From the NCBI GenBank assembly GCA_031459875.1, contig JAVKHQ010000001.1:128001-192000 (forward strand): 64,000 nucleotides of DNA. The letters run 5' to 3'. Position numbers and translations under genes: made by a program. The notes below the pieces were generated by a model. That model saw only the letters and a program-made list of their open reading frames with translations. It ran no database searches and was not told where the DNA came from. Numbering within the stretch: position 1 is the first letter of the stretch; each line of letters starts with the position of its first letter. Source of the stretch: Candidatus Fervidifonticultor sextus (GTDB lineage Bacteria > Sysuimicrobiota > Sysuimicrobiia > Sysuimicrobiales > Humicultoraceae). Shown in pieces: positions 24,947 to 34,578 of the stretch.

Positions 24947-25594
24947 CTACGGGGGCGTCGGGGCTTCCCGCGGCAGCACGAAGGTGTTGGCGGCCAGCGT
25001 CACCCGCAGTCGCGGCAACTCGGCCGGAGCGATCGAGACCTGCGTCAGCACCAGGAACCGGGGGAAGTCCTCCAGCCGGCCCAGGAACGCCATCAGGTCG
25101 GCATAGGTGCCGTCGAAGGCCAGATCCAGCCGGAACAGCTGGTAGCGAGGCGGCGCCGCCGGCTGCCCCGGCCGCGCCGGGGCGGCCTGGGCTTCCCCGG
25201 GCGCTCCGGGGGCCGGTGCGGGCGTGCCCGCAGGGGCTGCGGACGGGCCGGGCTGGTTAGGGCCGGGCCGCAGCAGGGTCAGTTTGATCCCCAGCGAGGC
25301 GGCCACGTCCTGGAGCTGCCGGATCAACCGCGGGATCTCGCGCTCGGGCGGGAGCTTCAGCTCCACGAGCCGGATGCGCTCCGACAGCGCCTGGAACTCG
25401 CGCTCCTTCTGCTCGCGGGTCTGGGCCAGGGTCTTGAGGCGGTCCAGCTCTGTCTGCCGCGACTGGAGCGTCGCCGTCAACTGCTGCTCGCGCGCCGTCT
25501 GCGGCGTGTAGACGAACAGGTAGAAGAGGGTCACGATCGCGGCGGCGATGACCAGCGACACCATGATCCGTTCGCGGGGAGAGAGCCCTCTCAC
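24947..25594 (-). CDS. pilO: Type IV pilus assembly protein PilO
   Basis: TM plus coiled coil, 'LPPEREIPRLI', 'GTYADLMAFLGRLEDFPR'; pilMNO order. Confidence 0.9.
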   Translation of the reverse strand: MRGLSPRERIMVSLVIAAAIVTLFYLFVYTPQTAREQQLTATLQSRQTELDRLKTLAQTREQKEREFQALSERIRLVELKLPPEREIPRLIRQLQDVAASLGIKLTLLRPGPNQPGPSAAPAGTPAPAPGAPGEAQAAPARPGQPAAPPRYQLFRLDLAFDGTYADLMAFLGRLEDFPRFLVLTQVSIAPAELPRLRVTLAANTFVLPREAPTPP

Positions 25595-26151
25595 TGGCGT
25601 TCACCCCCTGCGGCCGACGGTCTGACGATGCGGGCCGTGATGGAGAACTTCACGACCTCCCTGGGGCCGACCCGGTCCAGCTGGACGACGGACAGGTCCA
25701 CCAGGCGAAACAGCTGCCCGGTACCCAGGTTGTCCATCAGTTCGGCCACGGCGTAGTAGTTCATGGCAAAGCCTTCCATGCTGAGCGACGACGCGTCGGG
25801 GACGCTCATCGAGGTCAGCCACACGGTCCTGGGGACCAGCAGCCGGATCTCGTTGAGGACCGCGGCTGCGGGCATCTGCTGCCGGACCAGTTCCAGGATC
25901 ACCTTTTCCTTCTCGCGGAGGACCGCGATCCGGCGGTCCAGATCGAGGACCCGCGCCACCGTCGGCTGGAGGTCGGCGATCTCTCTGTTGGTCTCGTCGA
26001 TCTGCTGCTGGAGTCGGGCGTTTCGGCCGGAGATGACCGCCGAGAGCACGACGACCGCCACCAGCGCCACCAGCGGCACCCCCACCTCGATGAACTGCCG
26101 ACCGGGGATGCGGCGCCGGGGAACGCGGGGGAGGAGGTTGATCCGAATCAA
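25591..26151 (-). CDS. pilN: Type IV pilus assembly protein PilN
   Basis: MIRINLLP motif, TM, 'VPRTVWLTSM'. Confidence 0.93.
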   Translation of the reverse strand: MIRINLLPRVPRRRIPGRQFIEVGVPLVALVAVVVLSAVISGRNARLQQQIDETNREIADLQPTVARVLDLDRRIAVLREKEKVILELVRQQMPAAAVLNEIRLLVPRTVWLTSMSVPDASSLSMEGFAMNYYAVAELMDNLGTGQLFRLVDLSVVQLDRVGPREVVKFSITARIVRPSAAGGERQ

Positions 26152-27233
26152 CTGACATCACCTCCACGCATGGCCAGGCCGACGGCCACCGCCATCGTCG
26201 AACCGGCGGCCAGGCGGTCGGCGGGGAAGGCCTGAGGGTTGACCCTGACGTTGACGAACGGGGAAGCGACGGTGGTGGCGATGCCCAGTTCGGCCGCGAT
26301 GGTCCGGTCCAGGTTCCGCAGGCGCGCCAGGCCGCCGGCCAGCAGGATCTGGTTGACCACGGCCGCCCGGGAGCGCGTCTGGTAGTAGTCCAGCGAGCGG
26401 CGGATCTCGGTGACCAGATCGCCGATGTGCGGCGCGATGATGTCGTGGATGCGCTCCGTGGTGTGGTCGGGCGAGGTGGCGCCTTCCTCCAGCACCTCCC
26501 CCTTCTCCTCCAGCAGGCTCTTGGCGGTGGCGAGGTCCACATCCATGGCCTCGTGAATGGCCCCCAGCAGCACCCCGCCCCCGATGGGGATGTTGCGGGT
26601 GAAGCGCAGGCGCGGGCCTTCCGTGATCAGGATGTCCGAGGCCTCCGCGCCCAGGTCCACGATGGCCGTGGTCTGCCCGTCGCCGGCAGCCGGGATCACC
26701 GACCGCAGCAGGGCAAAGGACTCCACGTCGAGGACCCGCAACTGCACCCGGGCCGCCTCGGCGACGGCGATGATCTGGTCCACCACGTCCTGCCGGGCGG
26801 CCACGACGATGACGTCCAGCATCCGGCGGCCGTCCTCGGTGGTCTCGCCGAGCACCTGGAAGTCCATGTAGACTTCCTTGATGTTGTAGGGCAGGTAGCG
26901 CTCGGCCTCGTAGCGGACGGCCGCGGCCAGTTCCTGCTTGGTCATCGGGGGGACCCGGATCTCCCGGACCGTCACCGCCTGGCCGCCGACCCCCATGACG
27001 GCGCGGTCCAGCTTGATGCCCGTCCGGTCCAGCAGGGCCCGGACGTGGCTGCCGAGTTCCTCAGGGGCCGTGGGGACGCCGTCCCGCATCGCCACCGGGG
27101 GGCTGGGGGCGACGCCCATGTGGACCAGGCGGAACCCGCTCCGGTAGGACCCCGCGAGTTCGACGGCCTTGATGGAGTCGCTGCCGATGTCGATCCCGAC
27201 CAGCGCCTGTGGTGCTGAAGAGAAAAGGCCCAT
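26148..27233 (-). CDS. pilM: Type IV pilus assembly protein PilM
   Basis: VGIDIGSDSIKAVEL, VDLGA, EIRRSLDYY, LAGGLA, AVAVGLAMR. Confidence 0.95.
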   Translation of the reverse strand: MGLFSSAPQALVGIDIGSDSIKAVELAGSYRSGFRLVHMGVAPSPPVAMRDGVPTAPEELGSHVRALLDRTGIKLDRAVMGVGGQAVTVREIRVPPMTKQELAAAVRYEAERYLPYNIKEVYMDFQVLGETTEDGRRMLDVIVVAARQDVVDQIIAVAEAARVQLRVLDVESFALLRSVIPAAGDGQTTAIVDLGAEASDILITEGPRLRFTRNIPIGGGVLLGAIHEAMDVDLATAKSLLEEKGEVLEEGATSPDHTTERIHDIIAPHIGDLVTEIRRSLDYYQTRSRAAVVNQILLAGGLARLRNLDRTIAAELGIATTVASPFVNVRVNPQAFPADRLAAGSTMAVAVGLAMRGGDVS

Positions 27234-27308
27234 CGCGTTCCTCGACCTCCTCCGACGTGCACGCGGTCGACGCAACGGGACCCGGCATATCCCGTTTGAG
27301 GTTACGCT

Positions 27309-27336
27309 CTTCGCATCCGGGACGCCAAAACCCTGC
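27309..27336 (-). promoter_or_regulatory. SigH-like promoter motif upstream of pilM
   Basis: GCAGGG-TTTTGGCGTCCCGGATGC-GAAG (AGGG-N18-GAA). Confidence 0.4.
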
Positions 27337-27347
27337 CGTCCCGGCCC

Positions 27348-27878
27348 TCAGGGCAGGATGCGCACCCGCCCGGTGACTTCAACCTCCACCTGCCTCCACT
27401 GCCCGCTTGGCGTCTGCAGCGTCGCGCGGCCTGCGTTGGGGTTCCCGGTCGGACTGAACACCAGGGTGTCCTGGGCAAACGTGGTGGTGGTGATCTCCAC
27501 TCCCCGCGGCATCCGGCGCGAGACCGTGTCGGCGGGGTCGTCCTTGATGACGGCCGTCTGCCAGGCTGCGGCGTCGGTGCACTGGTTCCCGCCGCCGGCC
27601 GGCGCCCGGGTGACGGCCCCCACGTACTTGTCGATCGTGTAGGTCTCGGCCGCCGGGTCGAAGACGATCCGATAGCAGGTCCGCTCGGCCCGCGAGCGCT
27701 GCTCCAGCATCCGGACGTCGCTGGCCAGGTTGCGGGCGGCCCCCACAAGCCGCCGGTTGGCCAGCAACCCCTGCCCGTTGAAGGCCAGGGCCAGCAGCAG
27801 GCCGCCGATGGACAGCACCACGACCAGTTCCACCAGCGAGAGGCCGCCCTCGCCCGATGCCCGGATGCGACCGATCAC
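27348..27878 (-). CDS. FimT/FimU (GspH-like) minor pilin
   Basis: Class III signal EGG|LSLVELVVVL; 'LASDVRMLEQRS', 'VFSPTGNP', C-terminal 'VEVTGRVRI'. Confidence 0.85.
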   Translation of the reverse strand: MIGRIRASGEGGLSLVELVVVLSIGGLLLALAFNGQGLLANRRLVGAARNLASDVRMLEQRSRAERTCYRIVFDPAAETYTIDKYVGAVTRAPAGGGNQCTDAAAWQTAVIKDDPADTVSRRMPRGVEITTTTFAQDTLVFSPTGNPNAGRATLQTPSGQWRQVEVEVTGRVRILP

Positions 27879-30001
27879 AGCCCGACCATCTCCTCCCACT
27901 GGGGTCGATCGTAGAGGGCGTCGCCGCTACTGAACAACGGCGACGTCAGGTTCCGCACCGCCGTGTAGATCTCGGTCAGCGGGAAGAACGGCGGCGCTAT
28001 ATTGGACCGCAGCCGCCAGTCGTAGGTCATCTCGCGAGCGTACCCCGTCTGGTGAGTCCGGGTGGTGGGGTCGAAGCCCCCAAAGGGGCCGAACCGACCC
28101 TGGACCGTCCCGCCCAGGTGCTTCACCGGACCGCGGGGCGGGGTTAAGGTGTCCCACCCCCTGACCCAGAACTGCCCGGTCGGCGAGAGGACCGCTGCAT
28201 CGATGTAGAGGGTATCGGGGGTGAACCGTCCGTCAATGGTGACGTAGCCGGGGTAGTAGTCGGTGGACGGGTCGGGCGCCGCCCCGGCCGAGTTCACGGC
28301 ATAGAGCCCCAGCACGTTGGTCGGGTTGTGCCCGGGTCCGGCCGGCGGCGCCTCGTAGACCAGGTGGTCGGTGATCCGGATCTCGCCCTCGGCGGCGATC
28401 GTCAGGCGCGTGCTCTGGTTCACCATCCCGTACAGACCGCACGAGGCGCAGGTGGTGGCGCCGGGCGGGGCCGACCTGACGGATCCCCGGACGTACACGA
28501 TGCCGTTGAAGATGCCCGGCCCGTAGCTGCGCGTGAACTGCCACCCGGCGCAGTCCCCGTTCCCCGGGTCTGAGCCGGTGACGTTCCAGCAGGTGGTCAC
28601 GGCCCTGCTGGCCGGATCGATGATGATCTTCATGTTCCGCCGCTGGGGGTTGGGGTCGGTGGGCACCGTGACCTTGATCACCTGCCTGCCGTTCTCGCTG
28701 GAGAGCCGCATCTGGGTCACGTCGCCCTTGATGTACACACCGCCGCAGGCGGGCGTGCCGCACTGGTCCATGATGTAGATGCCGTCGGGGATGGAGGTCA
28801 GTCCGTCGGCCAGATCCGTGGTCCGGTCGGCCACCTCGGTATCGGTGGCGTTGGGGCCCGAGGCTGAGAGGCCGATAGACGTCCGCGAGGGATTCGCGTT
28901 GGTCGGCAGCGGGATACTGGATACGCCGCCCGTCACGGTGCTGGCGAAATAGGGGTCATCGCAGCCCGGGTTCTCCAGCACGGTGTTCCAGTTCGAGGTG
29001 GGGATCGGGATGGTGTTGAAGTTCCCGCAGTTATAGAACTGGATGGCGGGGTCGACCTGCGTGACGACGTCGTTGAGCACCGGGTTCCCGGCGATGCGGA
29101 TCCGGTTGTTGGCGTGGACGGGCCCGCTGATCGTCGTGCCGGTGAAGAGCCAGACGCTGCCCACGTCCAGCAGCATCAGGGCCCACTGGGAGTAGGACGC
29201 CTTCTCGATCAGGATGGGCCAGCCGGGGTAGGAGCCGCTGGTGAGCGCGTGGCTCCCGGACCAGGTGGTCCAGGTGTCGTAGGGCCAGGTCCAGTCCCAG
29301 TCCGGGCACCGGGCGGCAAACGGGCTGCGCAGGCAGACGGTGCGGGTGGCGTTGCGCGTCCGGCCGACTGCGGTGACGGCGTAGTCGTACCACATGACCT
29401 CTTGCTCGGGGATGTTCGCTCCGTACTGGCAGGTGGACGCACGCCCCGACCAGCGCACGTGGACGATCGCGTAGTATTCCCCGATGCCCCCCCACCGGGG
29501 ATCGGTCGGGCTCGGATCGGTCATCTGAATCCACCGAATGGTGGTCGGGTTGGCGGGGTCGGGCCCGCCGATCAGCAGGGTGGCCGTGTACCGCTGGCCT
29601 GCGACCGCCGGGGCGGTCAGCACCCAGTCGCTGGCCCCCAGCGAGGCTGGCCACGCGTAGTTCGTCAGGATTTCCACCGGCTCGCGCTGGCGGCCCAGCC
29701 CGGCATCGAAAGCCATCTGGCACATGTTGCGGACGTCGGCCTCGTTCACGGAGGGCTGCCGGATCTGCTGGTCGAGGTCCACCGAAAGGCGCCGGCGCAG
29801 TTCGGCCAGGGCCCGGTAGGCGCCCGCCTCGGCCACGGCCAGCGCCTGCTGCCCGCGCAACTGGTCGGCCGACAGCGTGGTCTCGCCCATCGTGGCGATG
29901 CCCAGGGCGGCCACCATGACCGTGAGGATGAAGATCGCGAGGATGACCGCAACAAGCGCGACCCCCCGCTCGGCCTTTGCGATGCGATGCATGTCGCTCA
30001 C
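27875..30001 (-). CDS. Large PilX/ComZ-like minor pilin (DUF4900-like)
   Basis: ERG|VALVAVIL signal without Glu5; 'QALAVAEAG'; 'ISGPVHANNRIRIAGNP', 'LTIAAEGEIRITDHL', 'GYAREMTYDWRL...PPFFP'. Confidence 0.8.
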   Translation of the reverse strand: MSDMHRIAKAERGVALVAVILAIFILTVMVAALGIATMGETTLSADQLRGQQALAVAEAGAYRALAELRRRLSVDLDQQIRQPSVNEADVRNMCQMAFDAGLGRQREPVEILTNYAWPASLGASDWVLTAPAVAGQRYTATLLIGGPDPANPTTIRWIQMTDPSPTDPRWGGIGEYYAIVHVRWSGRASTCQYGANIPEQEVMWYDYAVTAVGRTRNATRTVCLRSPFAARCPDWDWTWPYDTWTTWSGSHALTSGSYPGWPILIEKASYSQWALMLLDVGSVWLFTGTTISGPVHANNRIRIAGNPVLNDVVTQVDPAIQFYNCGNFNTIPIPTSNWNTVLENPGCDDPYFASTVTGGVSSIPLPTNANPSRTSIGLSASGPNATDTEVADRTTDLADGLTSIPDGIYIMDQCGTPACGGVYIKGDVTQMRLSSENGRQVIKVTVPTDPNPQRRNMKIIIDPASRAVTTCWNVTGSDPGNGDCAGWQFTRSYGPGIFNGIVYVRGSVRSAPPGATTCASCGLYGMVNQSTRLTIAAEGEIRITDHLVYEAPPAGPGHNPTNVLGLYAVNSAGAAPDPSTDYYPGYVTIDGRFTPDTLYIDAAVLSPTGQFWVRGWDTLTPPRGPVKHLGGTVQGRFGPFGGFDPTTRTHQTGYAREMTYDWRLRSNIAPPFFPLTEIYTAVRNLTSPLFSSGDALYDRPQWEEMVGL

Positions 30002-30039
30002 CTCACCATCCTCGGTCCTTCACGCATGACGGTCCTCAC

Positions 30040-31170
30040 CTAGAACGGCTCCGGCGTCGGCGTCCGCGTCCGCGTCGGCGTCGGCGTCCGCGTCGGCGTC
30101 GGCGTGACCGTGGGGGTCCGCGTCGGGGTCGGGGTCACCGTTGGCCCCCCGGGCGTCGGGGTCCGGGTTGGGGTCCGCGTCGGGGTCCGGGTCGGGGTCC
30201 CCGTCGGGGTCCGCGTCGGAGTCCGTGTCGCCGTGGCGGTCGCCGTGCCGGCTGGCGTCGGCGTGGCCGTCCGCGTCGGGGTGGGGCCGGTCGAAGTCGC
30301 CGTGGGCGTGCCGGTGGCCGTGACCGTCGGCGTCGGGGTCCGGGTCGCGGTCCGCGTCGCGGTCGGCGTGGCCGTCCGCGTGGGCGTGGGCGTCTCGGTC
30401 TGGAACTGGCGGGTCGAGGTCGCCCGCGGGGGCGAGGTCGGCGTCGGGCTGGGCCCTACCGGGGTGGAGGCGCTGCCGACGTTGCGCAGGAAGACGTCGC
30501 TGCCCAGCGTCCGCGACTGCGTACCGCGCGGGCCGCTCTTCGTCACGGTGATCTCCATCCTGACCCGCACCACGTTGGCAGCCGCCACCGCCGTGTAGGG
30601 TGGCGTGCACGTGGGAGGCGTGGCGCCGTCGCAGTAATTGAACACCAGGCCGCTGCCGCCGGTGTCGATGTAGTCCGCGAGCCGATCTACGCCGGAAGGC
30701 TGGCAGTTCCCGATCCCGTAGTTCGGGTCGGCGGGGTCGGGTTTGACCTGGCGGATCAGGGTGGATCCCGTTAGGTCGTAGCGGACCATGTAGGAGCAGT
30801 CGGGGATGATCGGGTTGCTCCGGGGGATCTCCAGGTAGATCCGGTCCCGGCACACTGTCGCCCGACCGGGGCAGGGCGGCCCGCCCCCGGCAGGCGACCG
30901 GCCGTTGAACGTGCCCGGGTCGGTGACCCGGATGGCCCACCGCGCCTCCTCGGCGAACCGGTCGAGGGCCAGGCGCGCATTCTGCTGCACGTCGAGGAAG
31001 TCTTCGCTGATGCCGAACGACCGCACCGCATTGCTCACCAGCCCGTACAGCGCCACCAGGGCGATGACCAGGATCCCCAGCGCGACCGCGATCTCCAGCA
31101 GCGACAGCCCCTGTGGGTCCGCCCCCAGGAGGCGTCGCGCGAGCCACAGCATCCGCGGCCGCAGGCGCAT
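30040..31170 (-). CDS. PilW-like minor pilin with long C-terminal Thr/Pro-rich tail
   Basis: [12 protein letters not shown]; '[18 protein letters not shown]', 'VFLRN', then about 140 aa of TP/TR/TA repeats. Confidence 0.82.
   Translation of the reverse strand: MRLRPRMLWLARRLLGADPQGLSLLEIAVALGILVIALVALYGLVSNAVRSFGISEDFLDVQQNARLALDRFAEEARWAIRVTDPGTFNGRSPAGGGPPCPGRATVCRDRIYLEIPRSNPIIPDCSYMVRYDLTGSTLIRQVKPDPADPNYGIGNCQPSGVDRLADYIDTGGSGLVFNYCDGATPPTCTPPYTAVAAANVVRVRMEITVTKSGPRGTQSRTLGSDVFLRNVGSASTPVGPSPTPTSPPRATSTRQFQTETPTPTRTATPTATRTATRTPTPTVTATGTPTATSTGPTPTRTATPTPAGTATATATRTPTRTPTGTPTRTPTRTPTRTPTPGGPTVTPTPTRTPTVTPTPTRTPTPTRTRTPTPEPF
30043..30400 (-). repeat. Low-complexity Thr-Pro/Thr-Arg/Thr-Ala coding repeat (6- and 12-bp periodic)
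   Basis: Plus strand shows runs of cgtcgg/gtccgc/ggggtc; encodes [10 protein letters not shown]... Confidence 0.9.
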
Positions 31171-31179
31171 CCCGCCCCC

Positions 31180-31680
31180 CTAGGGCCGCCGGTACATCTC
31201 CCGGATCAGCGCCGAACTCACCTGTGCCAGCTGCTGCCCGCGGAAGGAGACCCGCACCGTCACCCACTTGATCGTGTCGGAATGATCGGGGCCCGGCGAA
31301 CAGCCGGCCGGAGGGTTGGCGGTGAGCCAGCACGGGTAGACGATCTCCTGCGGAAGACTGGGGTTGCTCAGGTCCACCTGATTGACGATGACCTGGTACT
31401 CGTAGTTGCCAAACGGCGGCCCGAAGGCCGTGGGCCCCTGGTTGGCCACCGCGTCGAACTCTGCGATCCACCTCGCCGACGTCGTCTGGGACTCCGGACC
31501 CGCCCGCACCTGCTCCAGCACCCGGACCGCCAGCGAACTGGCGACCGTCACGTTCCCGCCCTGGTTGGTGACCTGGAGCAGGATCAGGAAGGCGCGGGTC
31601 ACCAGCAGGATGGACATGGCCAGGACCGTCAGGGCCACGATCACCTCGACGAGGGTGAACCCACGCTGACGACGGAACAT
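31180..31680 (-). CDS. PilV-like minor pilin
   Basis: QRG|FTLVEVIVAL; 'ASSLAVRVLEQVR', 'IKWVTVRVSF'; first of four minor pilins. Confidence 0.85.
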   Translation of the reverse strand: MFRRQRGFTLVEVIVALTVLAMSILLVTRAFLILLQVTNQGGNVTVASSLAVRVLEQVRAGPESQTTSARWIAEFDAVANQGPTAFGPPFGNYEYQVIVNQVDLSNPSLPQEIVYPCWLTANPPAGCSPGPDHSDTIKWVTVRVSFRGQQLAQVSSALIREMYRRP

Positions 31681-31768
31681 AGCCCTCCCCACGCTGCAGC
31701 CGGGCCGGAGGCGGTGTCTCGGTTGTCCAGTGTCCTTATATAGGAAAGTGCCCAAGGTGGGGGTCATG

Positions 31769-32500
31769 TTAGACGCCCTTCACCGGCCGGCCCGCATCCT
31801 CAGCCCGCACGCAGATCAGCAGGATCGCCTGGGAGCAAACCCAGAACAGCGGGCTGACGACGTGGACGAAGTACCCCGGCAGCGGCGCCCGCAGGATCCC
31901 CTTATAGACGATCGGCACAAGCCCGGCGTCCTGCAACCGGCGCAGCCACTGGCGCCGGCCCAGCCGGTGGACGTGGGTGGGGTCGCGGTCGATCAGCCCG
32001 AACAGTCTGCCGGGCAGCGTGTCGTAGACCGGCACCGCCAGGACCAGGATCCCGCCGGGCGCCAGCAGGCCGCGCAGGGCCGCCAGCGCGGCGTCAAGAT
32101 CCGGGATGTGCTCTAAGACATCGAACCCGGTCACCACGTCGTAGGTCCGGCCGGGCCGGAAGGTCTGGATGGCCTGGTGGTGCAGCGGCACGTCCGGCAG
32201 GCGCTGGCGCGCCAGGCGGAGCGCGTAGGCCGAGATGTCCAGCCCCTCACAGGCGTAGTACCGTCGCGCCTCCTCCAGGAAGCGGCCGAAGGCGCACCCC
32301 ACGTCCAGCAGCGAGCCGCAGGGGCGGGCGCGGCGGATCTCGCGGAGGTAGGCGGCGATCTTGCGCGGTGGATTGTAGAACTCGTAGCGGCCCTGGTAGT
32401 TGGAGACCTTCGTGAAGTAGGCCTCGTCGAAGGTCGTCTCGTCGAAGGCCGGCCCGCTTGCGGCCCCCTGGGCTACGAGGTCACAGACTCCCGTCTCCAT
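31769..32500 (-). CDS. Class I SAM-dependent methyltransferase
   Basis: LLDVGCAFGRFL, GLDIS, FDVLEHI, LAPGG. Confidence 0.9.
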   Translation of the reverse strand: METGVCDLVAQGAASGPAFDETTFDEAYFTKVSNYQGRYEFYNPPRKIAAYLREIRRARPCGSLLDVGCAFGRFLEEARRYYACEGLDISAYALRLARQRLPDVPLHHQAIQTFRPGRTYDVVTGFDVLEHIPDLDAALAALRGLLAPGGILVLAVPVYDTLPGRLFGLIDRDPTHVHRLGRRQWLRRLQDAGLVPIVYKGILRAPLPGYFVHVVSPLFWVCSQAILLICVRAEDAGRPVKGV

Positions 32501-32595
32501 CGCCACGCTCCGCAGTCGCACCCCGTCCTTGAGATTATGTACCCCGGCGGATCCAGCGGTAGACTGGCGGCGCGCAGGGGTAGACCGGCGGCGGT

Positions 32596-33747
32596 TCACC
32601 ATCCCAGTTCGCGCACCCAGTAGGTCCCCAACGCATTCATGGCGATGCCGGCCGCCAGCAGGGCCAGGTCCACGGTCCGCGGAGCCGGGCCCAGGGCAGA
32701 TGCCAGCATGACCAGCAGGAAAGCCCACCAGTCCAGACTGTAGCGGTACCCGAACTGCACCCACCCCACCGAGAAGTAGGGGAGCATCGGGATTGCCAGG
32801 CTGGCGACCAGCACCGCCCAGGGCCACCAGGCCCGCCGATCCCCCTGGGGGAAGAGCAGCCGCACGATCACAGGGCTGGTGAAGACAAGGGACATTCCCC
32901 ACGGCGACGGCCTGAGGAACGGCGGGCGGTCGACAAGTTCGGGCGCCCGGAAGAGCATCGCGTACAGGTGCTCGGGCACAAACCGCAGATGGAAGAAGCC
33001 CCAGCGCGCCGCGGCCTCGGCGTTGGGGGCCCCCATGGACAGCAGCGGGTAGCCGGACTGGAGGGGGTCGCCGAACCGCAGGTAATTGTAGGTCAGGTAG
33101 ACGAGGACCCCAACGCCGTTGGCGGCCAGGAACGTCAGGACCGGGCGGGCCCGCCGGTGGCGCCGCCAGACGACGAGGGCCAGCACAGGGACGGCGGGCA
33201 GCATTGACAGGCGGGTGAGCCAGGCTGCGGTGACCAGCGCGCCGAGGGCCAGCGGGCGGGCCCCTCCGGCCAGTTCCCAGACCAGCAGCGCGGTGGCGAG
33301 GACCACGACCTCCTGGGCGAAGAACCACGTGGTGCCGATGGCGGCGGCGGGCCACAGGACGCTCCCAAAGGCCAGTGCCGCCCCGGCAAACCAGCGCACC
33401 GGGGAGCCGAAGCCCAGGCGGCGCAGGCCGGCGACGAAGATTGCAACCGCCGCCGCCGACAGGATCTGCCCCACGCGGCCCTGGTCGGTCCGCTCGCCGT
33501 GCACGGCCACCACGGGCAGTAGGATGACGGCCGGCACCGGCGGAAACGGGGCGTAGACGCGGTCGCCGATGCGGATGACATCGTGGTAGTAGGCCGGCAG
33601 GTTCCGGAGGTCGGTGCGGCCCTCGAGGAACGCCTGGGCCATGTACACGAAGTGGCGGTAGGCCATATTCGTGCGGGGCGTCACCGCGAGGTAGACGGCC
33701 AGGACCACGACGAAGACGACCAGCGGCTCGCCGAGCCGGCGTCTCAT
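32596..33747 (-). CDS. Polytopic membrane protein, putative GT-C glycosyltransferase (paralogue of 34579-35763)
   Basis: Many TM helices; 'AFLEGRTDL', 'PFPP', 'YNYLRFGDPL', 'GWVQFGYRYSLD'. Confidence 0.65.
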   Translation of the reverse strand: MRRRLGEPLVVFVVVLAVYLAVTPRTNMAYRHFVYMAQAFLEGRTDLRNLPAYYHDVIRIGDRVYAPFPPVPAVILLPVVAVHGERTDQGRVGQILSAAAVAIFVAGLRRLGFGSPVRWFAGAALAFGSVLWPAAAIGTTWFFAQEVVVLATALLVWELAGGARPLALGALVTAAWLTRLSMLPAVPVLALVVWRRHRRARPVLTFLAANGVGVLVYLTYNYLRFGDPLQSGYPLLSMGAPNAEAAARWGFFHLRFVPEHLYAMLFRAPELVDRPPFLRPSPWGMSLVFTSPVIVRLLFPQGDRRAWWPWAVLVASLAIPMLPYFSVGWVQFGYRYSLDWWAFLLVMLASALGPAPRTVDLALLAAGIAMNALGTYWVRELGW

Positions 33748-33807
33748 CCCGCCCGCCCCGGGGGGCGTGGTCTGGCCGCCCGTCCAGTTGGGTACCAGGT
33801 CACCAGG

Positions 33808-34566
33808 ATGCACCCTGACCTCTCCGTGGTCATCCCCACGTTCAACGAAGCCGACCGCATCGGGGCCTCCGTGCAGGCGGTGGTGACGCACCTGGATCGG
33901 CGCGGCCTCTCGCACGAGGTCATCGTCTCCGACGACGGGAGCACCGACCCGACGCGGGAGGTCGTCGCCCGCCTGGTGCGCGAGGGGCTGCCGGTGGTGC
34001 TGGTCGAGGCCTCGGTGAACCGGGGCAAGGGCCGGGCGGTCCGGCGGGGTGTGCTGGCCTCCGCCGGCGCGGGCGTGCTGGTGGCCGACGCCGACCTCGC
34101 CATTCCCATCACCCAACTCGACGTGCTCATGGCCGCGCTGGACGCCGGCGCCGACATCGCACTGGGCTCGCGTCGCCTGAACCCGCAGGGCGCGTCGGTC
34201 CGCCCGCCGCGGTCCCGCGAGATCCTGGGATGGACATTCAACCTCCTGGTGCAGGCGACCCTCCTGCGGGGCATCTGGGACACCCAGTGCGGGTTCAAGC
34301 TCTTCCGCGGCGAGGTGGCCCGCCGGCTCTTTCCCCACTGCGTGATCGACGGGTTCGCCTACGATGTGGAAGTGCTGGCGCTGGCCCGCCGCACCGGCTG
34401 CGCCATCGTGGAGGTCCCGGTGGCGTGGTCGCACGCCGGCGGCAGCAGCGTGCGCATCCTGCGGGACGGCGCCGCGATGCTGCGAGACATGGCGCGCATC
34501 GCGCGGCGCCTCTCCCGCTTCGACGCGGCGGCCGCGGCCAGCGCGCAGGCGGACGACCCGGCCTAG
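33808..34566 (+). CDS. GT2 polyprenol-phosphate glycosyltransferase (Dol-P-Glc synthase-like)
   Basis: VVIPTFNE, DDGSTD, NRGKG, DADL, DTQCGFKLF, FAYDVE. Confidence 0.9.
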   Translation: MHPDLSVVIPTFNEADRIGASVQAVVTHLDRRGLSHEVIVSDDGSTDPTREVVARLVREGLPVVLVEASVNRGKGRAVRRGVLASAGAGVLVADADLAIPITQLDVLMAALDAGADIALGSRRLNPQGASVRPPRSREILGWTFNLLVQATLLRGIWDTQCGFKLFRGEVARRLFPHCVIDGFAYDVEVLALARRTGCAIVEVPVAWSHAGGSSVRILRDGAAMLRDMARIARRLSRFDAAAAASAQADDPA

Positions 34567-34578
34567 GACTCCGGGCGT

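Noticed and set aside
27313..27327. Sigma54-like TGGCGT-N5-ATGC upstream of pilM
   Set aside because: GG/GC spacing fits but the match is weak in GC-rich DNA, it is not seen at other pil promoters, and it overlaps the SigH-like motif
31718..31760. c-di-GMP-II riboswitch-like words upstream of pilV (TTGGGCACTT...CAACCGA on the minus strand)
   Set aside because: The GTGC pseudoknot partner is absent (reads GGAC), no P3 or kink-turn pairing can be built, and the 5' part would fall in the upstream CDS
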